64,000 nt of DNA, taken from the IMG/VR virus record IMGVR_UViG_2974516482_000001, positions 31,225 through 95,224 of that record; one strand, given 5' to 3'. Each line of letters opens with the position of its first letter. Positions within the stretch are counted from its first letter, which is position 1. Made by a program: the position numbers and the translations under genes. Source of the DNA: a virus. Its lineage: Duplodnaviria > Heunggongvirae > Uroviricota > Caudoviricetes > Ackermannviridae. The notes under the pieces are model-generated. The model saw only the letters and a program-made list of their open reading frames with translations. It did not search any database and was not told the origin of the DNA. Below, in pieces: positions 9,049 to 17,812 of this stretch.

Positions 9049-9504
9049 ATGAGCGAAACAAAATTTGAAACAATGAAGACCGAAGATATAATGGCGGAAT
9101 TAGATCCTCTTATTTCGGTGAATCCTGAAGACATGAATTTAGACCAAATATCATTGAAAATTGGTCGTTCGTGGATGGCTGTGCAACGCCATTATATTCG
9201 TGAAGGAAGATATCTGGAATATCTAACTGGCAAATTCCGCCAAATAGATCTCTATTTACGCCGATTTTATGCAGGGGAATTGCCACCCAACGTTTATGTT
9301 GAACGTCCATTAAAAGTTCGCCCCCTGAAATCTGATATAGATGTGTGGGTAAAAGCTGATGATGATTATATCGAATTGTCTAGCATGCTTCAAGAGCAGA
9401 AAGCCAAAGTCAAGTTCATCGAAAGTTGCTTAGATCGTTTGAACAAACTCGGCTATGAAGTGAAAAATGCGATTGATTGGCGAAAATATTTGGATGGGAT
9501 GTAA
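9049..9504 (+). CDS. UvsY-like recombination mediator (tentative)
   Basis: 151 aa. Weak alignment with T4 UvsY over the central region. Adjacent to a nuclease and UvsW, as in the T4 uvsW-uvsY neighbourhood. Confidence 0.4.
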   Translation: MSETKFETMKTEDIMAELDPLISVNPEDMNLDQISLKIGRSWMAVQRHYIREGRYLEYLTGKFRQIDLYLRRFYAGELPPNVYVERPLKVRPLKSDIDVWVKADDDYIELSSMLQEQKAKVKFIESCLDRLNKLGYEVKNAIDWRKYLDGM

Positions 9505-10250
9505 TGGTTTCTCTACACGCTTTGCGCAAACTTAATAACTTTGAAAATCGTCATCATACATTTCAGCAATATTCCTTGCCGTTTAAGGAACTGACTTGCG
9601 TAACTACCGAAAATGGTCGTCACTATGTTTCTCCCACTGGAGTCAAACTGACTTCAGTGACGACCATGTTAGGGCGTACTGGTGACCACACATGGTTAGA
9701 AGCCTGGCGGGACAAGTTGGGACATGAAGCTGCTGATATAGAAACACATCGTTGCGCAGACCGTGGGGAAAAACTTCATTTGGCTTGTGAGTTGTATCTC
9801 AAAAACAGGCCAATGAAAGAAGTTCTGGAAGCTGCAGGGGAATACGTGTTTATGTTCAAACAGGTTTTCCCCTACCTTAACAAAATGAGCAAGATATATG
9901 CACAGGAGATTCCGTTATATAGCGAAGTCCTGGGTCTTGCTGGTCGTGTTGACCTCATCGGGGTTTACGAAGGAATTCCAAGCATAATCGATTTCAAAAC
10001 ATCCAACACCCTGAAAACTCGGAGCATGATAGAAGATTACAGCATTCAACTATGCCTGTACTCAGTCATGTTTCAACAAATGTTTAACGTCAAAATAGAG
10101 CGTTTAATCAATATTATATCCAACGAAAATGCCCTTGTTCCCACCATAATCGAATTCGATCGCAAAGACGTTATTTCTAAAATGTTTGACCGTGTCCGCC
10201 TGTATCACAAAATGGATAAAGAACAGAACGGAATCTGGGCGGATCGCTAA
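9504..10250 (+). CDS. PD-(D/E)xK nuclease, RecB/Cas4-like
   Basis: Motif VDLIGVY...IIDFKTS followed by QLCLY (the QhxxY motif of RecB-family nucleases). ATG overlaps the upstream stop (ATGTAATG). Confidence 0.5.
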   Translation: MVSLHALRKLNNFENRHHTFQQYSLPFKELTCVTTENGRHYVSPTGVKLTSVTTMLGRTGDHTWLEAWRDKLGHEAADIETHRCADRGEKLHLACELYLKNRPMKEVLEAAGEYVFMFKQVFPYLNKMSKIYAQEIPLYSEVLGLAGRVDLIGVYEGIPSIIDFKTSNTLKTRSMIEDYSIQLCLYSVMFQQMFNVKIERLINIISNENALVPTIIEFDRKDVISKMFDRVRLYHKMDKEQNGIWADR

Positions 10251-10279
10251 ATACTCCATAATATTGGGGGAAATTAGTG

Positions 10280-11779
10280 ATGTCTGAGATCCAAATAGTC
10301 AAAGTGAACGAAGTTAGAATGCGGATCCTCGCCGAGGATTATATCCGTGAAGAACTCAACGATTACTTCAAATTTGAAGATCCCAATTTCCAACCGAATC
10401 CCTTCAGTAAATGGGATGGCGTGGTACGCTTGTTCACAAAGAGTTCTGGCCTTATAGACATCGGTCTGTTGTTTGAGGTGTTTAAGTTCTGTAAGATGAA
10501 TGGTTACACCATCAAATTAGATCCCGCCTTAAAATATATCCAAGATATACCAGACGAAGAGATACATACATTTATCAATTCCCTGAACGCTGTTTACCGT
10601 GATGAAAACAAGCAATACCAAATCGCAACAGTGCGCGACTATCAATTCGACTCAGTGGCCACAGCAATACGCCAATCCAGATGCGTGCTAGAAGCGGCTA
10701 CGAGCGCGGGTAAATCGTTTATTTTGTACATCATGGCGCGTTACTACAGGCAACGCAGAGAGGCACTGGAAAGCAATCTCAAGACGTTGATCGTTGTACC
10801 TTCCATTCACTTGGTGACTCAGTTGTATGACAACTTTGAGGAATACAGCCATGGCACAAATTGGAATACCATGATGAATGTCCAGATGATATGTGAAGGT
10901 GCAACAAAGGATATATTCAAGCCCATAGTCATTTCCACTTGGCAGGGTATTCAGAATCAGCCCAAAGAATGGTTCCATCAATTTGGGGATATTGTTGTCG
11001 ACGAAGTACACACATCTAAATCTGAAAAGCTATCTTATATCCTGAACAACTGCATTAATGCTGACCAAAGATTGGGAGTAACTGGAACCCTGGCGAATAC
11101 AAAGGTCGCAGGGTTACAAGTCGTTGCTCACTTTGGTGCATATCATAAAATTATTACAGCGCGCGATTTAATCGATCTAGGATATGCGGCAGACATCAAT
11201 GTTAATATGATTGAAGTCATACATCCTATGGCAGACTGTATTGAAATGCATGGTGCTGAGTATCAAAAGGAAATAGAATTCCTCATTGCTAACGAACGCC
11301 GCAATGAATTGATAGCCCGAATGGCTCTATCTTTGAAAGGGAACGTCGCAGTAATGTTCGAACGTATCGATGCACACATGATGTTGGTTTATGAAATGCT
11401 ATCGGCAGTCAAGAAAAACGTATTCGTCATCAACGGGGAAGTCAAGACAGAAGTTCGTAAACAGATTCAGGCTGCTATGGAAGAAGGGGAAGATATAACA
11501 CTGTTGGCATCATATGGTACTATGCAACAGGGCGTATCTATCAAAAAACTCCATCATCTGATATTGGCCCATCCCAGCAAATCTTATATCCGTGTTATAC
11601 AGACATTGGGGCGTTTGATGCGTCAGCATTCCTCTAAGGATGTTGCGCGAATCTGGGACCTGGTAGACAACCTGCGCTACAACGGTTCCTACAACCATGC
11701 TCTCAGGCATTCTCATGAGAGATATAAATTTTATCTTATGGAGCGCCACCCTGTTAAAATGAAAAAAGTGGCGCTCTAA
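10280..11779 (+). CDS. uvsW: UvsW-like SF2 DNA helicase
   Basis: Walker A ATSAGKSFILYIMARYY and DEVH box. Segments TWQGIQNQPKEWFHQFG and SYGTMQQGVSIKKLHHLILAHP align with T4 UvsW (TWQTVVKQPKEWFSQFG; SYGVFSTGISVKNLHHVVLAHG). Confidence 0.85.
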   Translation: MSEIQIVKVNEVRMRILAEDYIREELNDYFKFEDPNFQPNPFSKWDGVVRLFTKSSGLIDIGLLFEVFKFCKMNGYTIKLDPALKYIQDIPDEEIHTFINSLNAVYRDENKQYQIATVRDYQFDSVATAIRQSRCVLEAATSAGKSFILYIMARYYRQRREALESNLKTLIVVPSIHLVTQLYDNFEEYSHGTNWNTMMNVQMICEGATKDIFKPIVISTWQGIQNQPKEWFHQFGDIVVDEVHTSKSEKLSYILNNCINADQRLGVTGTLANTKVAGLQVVAHFGAYHKIITARDLIDLGYAADINVNMIEVIHPMADCIEMHGAEYQKEIEFLIANERRNELIARMALSLKGNVAVMFERIDAHMMLVYEMLSAVKKNVFVINGEVKTEVRKQIQAAMEEGEDITLLASYGTMQQGVSIKKLHHLILAHPSKSYIRVIQTLGRLMRQHSSKDVARIWDLVDNLRYNGSYNHALRHSHERYKFYLMERHPVKMKKVAL

Positions 11780-11784
11780 CTATT

Positions 11785-12150
11785 TCAAAGATCTTGGTTC
11801 ACATAGGCGGGGGTTGCCTCGCCTTCTTTGTTGGAACCAAATAAACAGTCGATCGTGCCAATACATTGTTGTAGCACTTTCGGCTCAAGAATCTGAGAAA
11901 ACAATTCTTCATTAGATGCCAGCAGTGGAACAACTTTCACTTCCCGCGCCTGGCCTTGTTGAATAATGCCAACATACAGACCTTTGTTATTTGGGAGTAA
12001 TGGTATCACCATAATCGGTGTCACAACAAACCCCGATGTACAGAAAAGGCTTTGTAAATAAACGCCTTTTAATGACGAACGTTGTTCTGATATGGAAAGA
12101 ATTGCTTCTTGGTCTTCCCCTACTGCGTATAAACCAACAAATTGCTTCAT
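11785..12150 (-). CDS. hypothetical protein (121 aa)
   Basis: Minus-strand ORF diverging from gp45 across a 340-nt AT-rich regulatory region. Confidence 0.4.
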   Translation of the reverse strand: MKQFVGLYAVGEDQEAILSISEQRSSLKGVYLQSLFCTSGFVVTPIMVIPLLPNNKGLYVGIIQQGQAREVKVVPLLASNEELFSQILEPKVLQQCIGTIDCLFGSNKEGEATPAYVNQDL

Positions 12151-12360
12151 ATGTATTTCTCGCGTGTTAGCAAACTTGGCTACATAATAATGTCATGCTC
12201 TGTTTAGACCAAATAAAATATTTTAATTGTTGAATAAAAATCGCTTTCTTGTTGAACAATCCGTGCGTAATATACGAGTTGTGAGCTTTGCGAGCAACGA
12301 GTATTATCACGAGCGAAGCGAGTAGACTGATAAAGAAAGGTTTTTATTAAAACAGAATAC

Positions 12361-12383
12361 TATAAATGCCGTCAGGCATTTAT
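12361..12383. promoter_or_regulatory. perfect palindrome TATAAATGCC-gtca-GGCATTTAT carrying late-promoter-like TATAAAT on both strands
   Basis: 9-bp inverted repeat. Lies between divergent genes 11785-12150(-) and gp45(+). Confidence 0.3.
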
Positions 12384-12489
12384 TTATCGCGCGTAGGGCA
12401 TTTTAACACTTGTTCTATAACTGCAAACACGCGATACTAATTTGCGTCAAACATGACTTGAACCCCACTATATTTTGAGGATATAAACA

Positions 12490-13158
12490 ATGCAAGAGAT
12501 CACTCTCTCCGAACGCACTTTACAACTGCTGGCTAACTTTGAAACCATCTGCCCCTCTATCGTTCTGGCACCTGGTAAAAAGCTGCGCACCGTTAACGAT
12601 TCCAGTACGGTTATCGCTATCGCTGATATCGACGAAGACTTCCCGTTCGAATTCCCAATTCTAGATCTCACCAAACTGCTGGCAATCCAGCGTCTTCCGA
12701 GTTTCAAAGGCGGTAAAATTGAAATGTCAGAAGACCACATTTTGCTGAAAGGTGAAAACTCCCAACTGCAATTCTGGCGTTCCGCTAAAGAATTGACGGT
12801 CGTTCCAGCAGACAGCATCGATCTCCCGTCTGTAGAATTCGAAGCAACGGTCACTCCTGAAAAAATGAAAGAGCTGACCCGCGCCTGTTCTACTCTGGGC
12901 CACAAAACTGTACGTCTGGTTGCCAGCGGCGGTAAAACTCGTCTGGTGGGCACGACCACTACTATCGATAATTCCAACGATTACACTGTTGAGTTGGGTG
13001 AAACAACTCTGGGTGATTTTGCTATGCCTGTTGATGTGGTCAACCTGAAAATGATCGAAGGCAACTACGTGATCCGCGCCTGTGCCGAAATGCAACTGGT
13101 TAACTTCCAATCCGCAGATGGCACCATCAACTATTACGTCGGCATGCAGCTGGATTAA
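12490..13158 (+). CDS. sliding clamp (T4 gp45 family)
   Basis: 222 aa. Size and start region resemble T4 gp45. Followed by gp44-gp62-regA in T4 order. Confidence 0.85.
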   Translation: MQEITLSERTLQLLANFETICPSIVLAPGKKLRTVNDSSTVIAIADIDEDFPFEFPILDLTKLLAIQRLPSFKGGKIEMSEDHILLKGENSQLQFWRSAKELTVVPADSIDLPSVEFEATVTPEKMKELTRACSTLGHKTVRLVASGGKTRLVGTTTTIDNSNDYTVELGETTLGDFAMPVDVVNLKMIEGNYVIRACAEMQLVNFQSADGTINYYVGMQLD

Positions 13159-13188
13159 TCAATAACGATTCGGCGCTTTATTATCGGT

Positions 13189-13210
13189 GGCGGGGGTTTC
13201 CCCGCCCTTT
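13189..13210 (+). terminator. hairpin terminator between gp45 and gp44
   Basis: ggcgggg-gttt-ccccgcc followed by cttt. Confidence 0.45.
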
Positions 13211-13236
13211 GAAACGTTTTATCTAAAGAGGCTGCA

Positions 13237-14226
13237 ATGTCTAACATCACTATCGTCACAGATCAATACGCGTGGGAAAACAAATATCGCCCTGACAATC
13301 TGGATGAGATCGTCCTCCCTTCAGACGTCCGTGCAAAAATCCATGGCTATGTTACATCAGGCAATGGAAACATCCCCTCAATGCTGTTCTATTCCCCTCA
13401 GCCTGGTACGGGCAAGACTACTTCTGCTCTGGCTGTGTGTAACGAAATCGGTTGCATCAAACCGTTGATGATCAATGCGTCACTGGATAACAGCATTGAT
13501 GTCATCCGTGACCGTGTTATTCAATACGCAACTGGCGTCAGTGTTTTCGGTGGCCGCAAAGTCGTTATCCTCGATGAAGTTGAGCGACTTTCCATGGCGG
13601 CGCAGGAATCCCTGAAAGGCATCGTAGAGAAAGTCTCCAAAAACTGCTCCTTCATCCTGACGACTAATGCGAAACAGCGCGTTAACGAACCTCTGCGTTC
13701 CCGCTGTCGTGAAATTGATTTTATCTGGTCCGAAAAGGAAGCAGATGAAGTTAAACTCCAATTCATGCGTCGTTGCGCAACTATCCTGACAGAGGAAGGT
13801 ATTCCGTATGAAGCTGGTGTAATTGCTTCCATTGTGAAAGCATATTTCCCAGATAATCGCAAAATTATGGGAACTCTTCAGGATAATGCCACCACGTTTG
13901 GTAAAATCGATGAACGCGCTCTGGCACAGGTTAAAGCAGGGGAATTCCAAGCGTTGGTTGATTTCCTGAAAACCAATGATTGGGCTGGGATGAAGCAGTG
14001 GGTGACCGACAACCAAAACTACATCACTGAAGATTTTTATTCCCGTTTCTTCCATTTCTGCGTTCCCCAGAACAAGGAAAAGACTCCTTTGATTCAAAAA
14101 GAGTCAATCCCTGATCTGGTATGTGTCTGTGGTCAGTCTCAGATTGAACATCGTTCCGTCGGCGACGTCTGGTTACACGGCGTTTACTTCTTGACTAACG
14201 TCATGCTCAACATCAAATGGAAGTAA
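13237..14226 (+). CDS. clamp loader large subunit (T4 gp44, AAA+)
   Basis: KYRPDNLDEIVLP, Walker A SPQPGTGKTT, Walker B VVILDEVERLS and sensor SRC motif, all colinear with T4 gp44. Confidence 0.9.
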   Translation: MSNITIVTDQYAWENKYRPDNLDEIVLPSDVRAKIHGYVTSGNGNIPSMLFYSPQPGTGKTTSALAVCNEIGCIKPLMINASLDNSIDVIRDRVIQYATGVSVFGGRKVVILDEVERLSMAAQESLKGIVEKVSKNCSFILTTNAKQRVNEPLRSRCREIDFIWSEKEADEVKLQFMRRCATILTEEGIPYEAGVIASIVKAYFPDNRKIMGTLQDNATTFGKIDERALAQVKAGEFQALVDFLKTNDWAGMKQWVTDNQNYITEDFYSRFFHFCVPQNKEKTPLIQKESIPDLVCVCGQSQIEHRSVGDVWLHGVYFLTNVMLNIKWK

Positions 14227-14230
14227 TATT

Positions 14231-14653
14231 ATGGCCGCTCCGTCACTGTTCGATTACCTCGGTGCGTTGAATAGCACCAAAGAGAATCTGTTGATGACCG
14301 AAGACCCCGAAATCAGAAAGGCTTTTGATCCTTTCATGACTCGGCGCGGCCTTGCCCAGAGTAAAGACACGCTTGTGGTTGCTGAACAAATGAACCGCTT
14401 TCATGCCATTACTCCTTGGATGCAATGGAACCTGGCGTTTCATAGCATTCCGGCAAAACGTCGCTATGACAAGTGGTCTAAGAAGGGAGCTATGGATCCT
14501 GATGTAAAATTGATTTCTGAGTATTATTACATCAGTCCTGAAAAGGCTTCAGAATATGTTCGATTCCTGCCGAAAGAAGTCCTGGCTGAAATCAAGGCGA
14601 AGGTCGAACGTTCCAACAGCAACGAAAAAGCCAAACCGCGCAAGGCTAAGTAA
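14231..14653 (+). CDS. clamp loader small subunit (gp62-like)
   Basis: Position between gp44 and regA. 140 aa. Confidence 0.55.
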   Translation: MAAPSLFDYLGALNSTKENLLMTEDPEIRKAFDPFMTRRGLAQSKDTLVVAEQMNRFHAITPWMQWNLAFHSIPAKRRYDKWSKKGAMDPDVKLISEYYYISPEKASEYVRFLPKEVLAEIKAKVERSNSNEKAKPRKAK

Positions 14654-14682
14654 TTCAAATAATTGTTAAAGGGGTATGAGTC

Positions 14683-15147
14683 ATGGCGCGTAATACGCTG
14701 GACATCTTAAAACTTTCAGCTGTCAACGATGAGGCCAGCATTGTTGACTGTATGGTTGAAGTTCAATTGAACCAAGACAAACCAGGGATTTTCCTGGGTA
14801 TCAAGGAAACGCTGAGTCGGATAGGGGTTAACACTCGTCAAGAGCCTAACACCTTGTATCAAACGTGCCATATTCTGCATAAATTTGGCAGATATCACAT
14901 CGTGCATTTCAAGCATTTGTTCATGCTAGATGGGCACTACAACGGCTTTACGCGTGAAGATGTCCTGCGTATGAATCGGATTATACGGCTTCTGGAGCAA
15001 TGGAATATGGTTAAGATCTTGCATCCGGAACAAATAACCGAAGTGGCTGACATGTCTCGGATCAAAGTTGTAAAACATGACCAAGTTTCTGAGTGGAAAT
15101 TGGTTCCAAAATACACCATTCGCCCAAGTCGGGCAAAAAGCGAATAA
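14683..15147 (+). CDS. regA: translational repressor RegA
   Basis: YQTCHILHKFGRYHIVHFK and C-terminal EWKLVPKYTI are near-identical to T4 RegA. Alignment suggests the true start may be the internal ATG at 14752 (MVEVQL...). Confidence 0.9.
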   Translation: MARNTLDILKLSAVNDEASIVDCMVEVQLNQDKPGIFLGIKETLSRIGVNTRQEPNTLYQTCHILHKFGRYHIVHFKHLFMLDGHYNGFTREDVLRMNRIIRLLEQWNMVKILHPEQITEVADMSRIKVVKHDQVSEWKLVPKYTIRPSRAKSE

Positions 15148-15163
15148 CTGGAGTCGCTATATT

Positions 15164-16036
15164 ATGACAACTACATTTAATAAAAACGTGAGATTGAATT
15201 TGGCTTTTGGTAATGCGGCTGGAGATATTACAGCCCCTGACTTCGGTAAAATTCGCAATCAGGCCAAACTGGTTCTGGAAGAGACCCGCGAATTACTGGA
15301 AGCGGCTTATTTCGACCACGATGTGAAAATTGAGTTCACTGCATCTCCACGAGTCCTGAAAGAACCTTCTGCTGTTGACATCAAAGACATTATGCGCCAG
15401 ATTCTGGACGCCCAGGGTGATATCACAACAGTCAACGACGGCGTGGCGCACATCTCTGGTTTCGACGGCGACGAGTGCTTACAGCGCGTTTATGCATCCA
15501 ACATGAGCAAGTTCATCCGTAGCGCAGATGAAGTCGGTCCGGCGCTGCAATACTATTATGACCTGGGGTTCATCGAAGGCGAACTAGAAATCCAAGGCCA
15601 GTTCCCTCAGGCTTGTATCAAAGTGGTGGACACGGTAACTATCCGTGGCAAAGAGTACCCCGCTGGGAAGTTCCTGAAGAACATGGCCACCTTCAAAGAG
15701 CCTGACTTCAGTGATATGCTGACTGCCGAGCCTAAGCGCCAGATCACAGAAATCATCGTGACGGGCACTGCCACCGCAGGCCAAATGGGTATAAATGAAT
15801 CCATGGGTGTTGCTTTCGCGCCTTTCGATTTCCCAGAAGAGATCATTCAGTATGCCGAGATGGGCTTCCCAGCGTACTCTGGGGAAGCGCTGGAGAGTTA
15901 CATCCCTGTGTTTGAGCTGAACGAAGTGAACTTCCCAACTCTGCCTCTCCTGTGGGGTGAATGGAAAGCCAACGTCCGTATCTATGTGGCCAGCCCAGTG
16001 CAATCATCTATCACCCAGCTGACCCGTATCGATTAA
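15164..16036 (+). CDS. MazG-like nucleoside triphosphate pyrophosphohydrolase domain protein (N-terminal) with C-terminal extension
   Basis: LVLEETRELLEA ... DGDECLQR pattern is typical of MazG/dUTPase-like all-alpha NTP-PPases. GGAG SD. Confidence 0.45.
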   Translation: MTTTFNKNVRLNLAFGNAAGDITAPDFGKIRNQAKLVLEETRELLEAAYFDHDVKIEFTASPRVLKEPSAVDIKDIMRQILDAQGDITTVNDGVAHISGFDGDECLQRVYASNMSKFIRSADEVGPALQYYYDLGFIEGELEIQGQFPQACIKVVDTVTIRGKEYPAGKFLKNMATFKEPDFSDMLTAEPKRQITEIIVTGTATAGQMGINESMGVAFAPFDFPEEIIQYAEMGFPAYSGEALESYIPVFELNEVNFPTLPLLWGEWKANVRIYVASPVQSSITQLTRID

Positions 16037-16105
16037 GATATACAGTTATTCACTAAACAACAGAGGCTATAATGGCCTCTGTTTTTGTATTCTAGAGAGG
16101 ATACC

Positions 16106-17311
16106 ATGAAAGATAAACCGTGTGACATTCCTTATTGCGGTGTTCGGGAAGCTAAAATTAAATCTGCCAAACCCGTCCTGGACCAGCAGATTGTAAAGTG
16201 GTCTTACGAATGGATGCACGATCGTTACCAGATCCACGTGAGAAAGGACGTCCAGCGTCTTCCTGCTCCCTGGACCAATAATCCTATACTACGGCAAGTC
16301 AAGTTTTGTAACGTCCGGAGAGAGCACGACAGGCAGTCTCTTAACCTGATCAATAACATTGTCAAGAACGATGCTCTGGGCATGGCAGACAAGATGTTCA
16401 ACTGTGTGTTGTTCCGCATGTACAATCTCTGGGCACCGATTGAGGCTATCGGCGGTGCTCGCACTATCAAAGAGTTCGCAAACATCGATCTTGATGTAAC
16501 CCGCAATCAACTTCAGGAATTTGAGGCCAATGGTGGTAAAGTGTTCACCAATGCCTTCAACACGGGCGGCCTGAAGCAATGCCTAGCTTTCCCTGAGCTG
16601 GTTGTCAACCACAAGGAGCAGCGCTTCGGTGGGATGATGGTTAAGGTACACCGTGTTGGCGGTGTTATAGATGAAATGGATTACAAGGTTGCCAAGAAGC
16701 TGGCTGAAGATAATCCTGGTGAATACAAAATAGAAGGCTGGGAACCATACATGCCGATGCGAGTCATCCGCTCTTTGAAGGCATTCGTCAACAAACACCC
16801 TCATTATTTTGATCGCCTCAGGGAATTTAGCCGTCCCGACTCTGTTTACCAGGCGATGTATGACGATATTGAGGGGCTTGGACCATTCTTGGCATACCAG
16901 ATTTGGGTTGATTTTACATACATCGATGAATATCCATTCAGTGAAAACCACTTCACTATCGCTGGTCCAGGTTGCCGTGCTGGTATCGATCTGTTATTTT
17001 TGGACAAGGACGGCATGACGCATGAAGAATGCATATTCTGGGTTCGTGATCATCAAGATCAATTGTTCGCTCAGTATGGGTATAAACGTAATGAATTTTG
17101 GTCGGCAGAAGAACCGGAAGACCGTTGCATGAATGTTATGCAGCTGGAGAACATGTTCTGTGAACTTCAGAAATATACCCGCTGCGTTGAGGCGGTGATG
17201 CGCGGGGAGAAACCTCGAGGAAAGGTGGGGTATAATGGTGGTGAAGTTAATCAGCCATTACAGAAGACTCCCGTTCGTTCTATTAATCTGTTAGAGAAGA
17301 TGAAAAAATGA
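16106..17311 (+). CDS. hypothetical protein (401 aa), unknown function
   Basis: GAGAGGA SD. Sits where T4 carries the DNA polymerase. No motif recognised. Confidence 0.5.
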   Translation: MKDKPCDIPYCGVREAKIKSAKPVLDQQIVKWSYEWMHDRYQIHVRKDVQRLPAPWTNNPILRQVKFCNVRREHDRQSLNLINNIVKNDALGMADKMFNCVLFRMYNLWAPIEAIGGARTIKEFANIDLDVTRNQLQEFEANGGKVFTNAFNTGGLKQCLAFPELVVNHKEQRFGGMMVKVHRVGGVIDEMDYKVAKKLAEDNPGEYKIEGWEPYMPMRVIRSLKAFVNKHPHYFDRLREFSRPDSVYQAMYDDIEGLGPFLAYQIWVDFTYIDEYPFSENHFTIAGPGCRAGIDLLFLDKDGMTHEECIFWVRDHQDQLFAQYGYKRNEFWSAEEPEDRCMNVMQLENMFCELQKYTRCVEAVMRGEKPRGKVGYNGGEVNQPLQKTPVRSINLLEKMKK

Positions 17312-17715
17312 AACCCGTAAAACATCATCGTTCATGGAAAGTATGCCCAGCGTGTTCAAGTCGGGCGACAAAATTGTTCAACATGAATACTGGGAAATAT
17401 GAATGTCAAGTCTGTCGGCATCATTATGATGATCCAAAATGTCGATCTTTGGTCGACAAAATTTATAAATTTATCATTTTGTTGGGTAATTGCGAGCAAT
17501 ATCAATATACCGTGTATGGTGATAGTTTAAGCCAGATCGATAAACATCTTTTGAAATTGATTTCGAAATACGATAAAGAAAGCAAGCGCCCTGTGCGCGT
17601 TGTGAGTACTCCAAAGGGTTATCCAAAGGGAACAAGATCAGTTACGGTTGTTGGTTACACCAGTTATGACGGGAAACGGTTCAGAAGTATTCGAGTAAAC
17701 ATGATTCCCGTTTAA
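17308..17715 (+). CDS. zinc-ribbon protein (CPAC...CQVC)
   Basis: ATGA overlap with the upstream gene. Two CxxC pairs. Confidence 0.45.
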   Translation: MKPVKHHRSWKVCPACSSRATKLFNMNTGKYECQVCRHHYDDPKCRSLVDKIYKFIILLGNCEQYQYTVYGDSLSQIDKHLLKLISKYDKESKRPVRVVSTPKGYPKGTRSVTVVGYTSYDGKRFRSIRVNMIPV

Positions 17716-17812
17716 ACTTTTCAATAAATCTTTTCAGCGTATTATTGACCTCACTTTAACGACGCGCCCCGATAAGGGCGCTCACTTTGAACTGAAACAG
17801 GAAGACTATACC

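Noticed and set aside
14683-14751. N-terminal 23-aa extension of RegA relative to T4
   Set aside because: Not rejected outright, but alignment with T4 RegA starts exactly at the internal Met (MVEVQL...). The annotated upstream start may be spurious. Both were kept within one feature.
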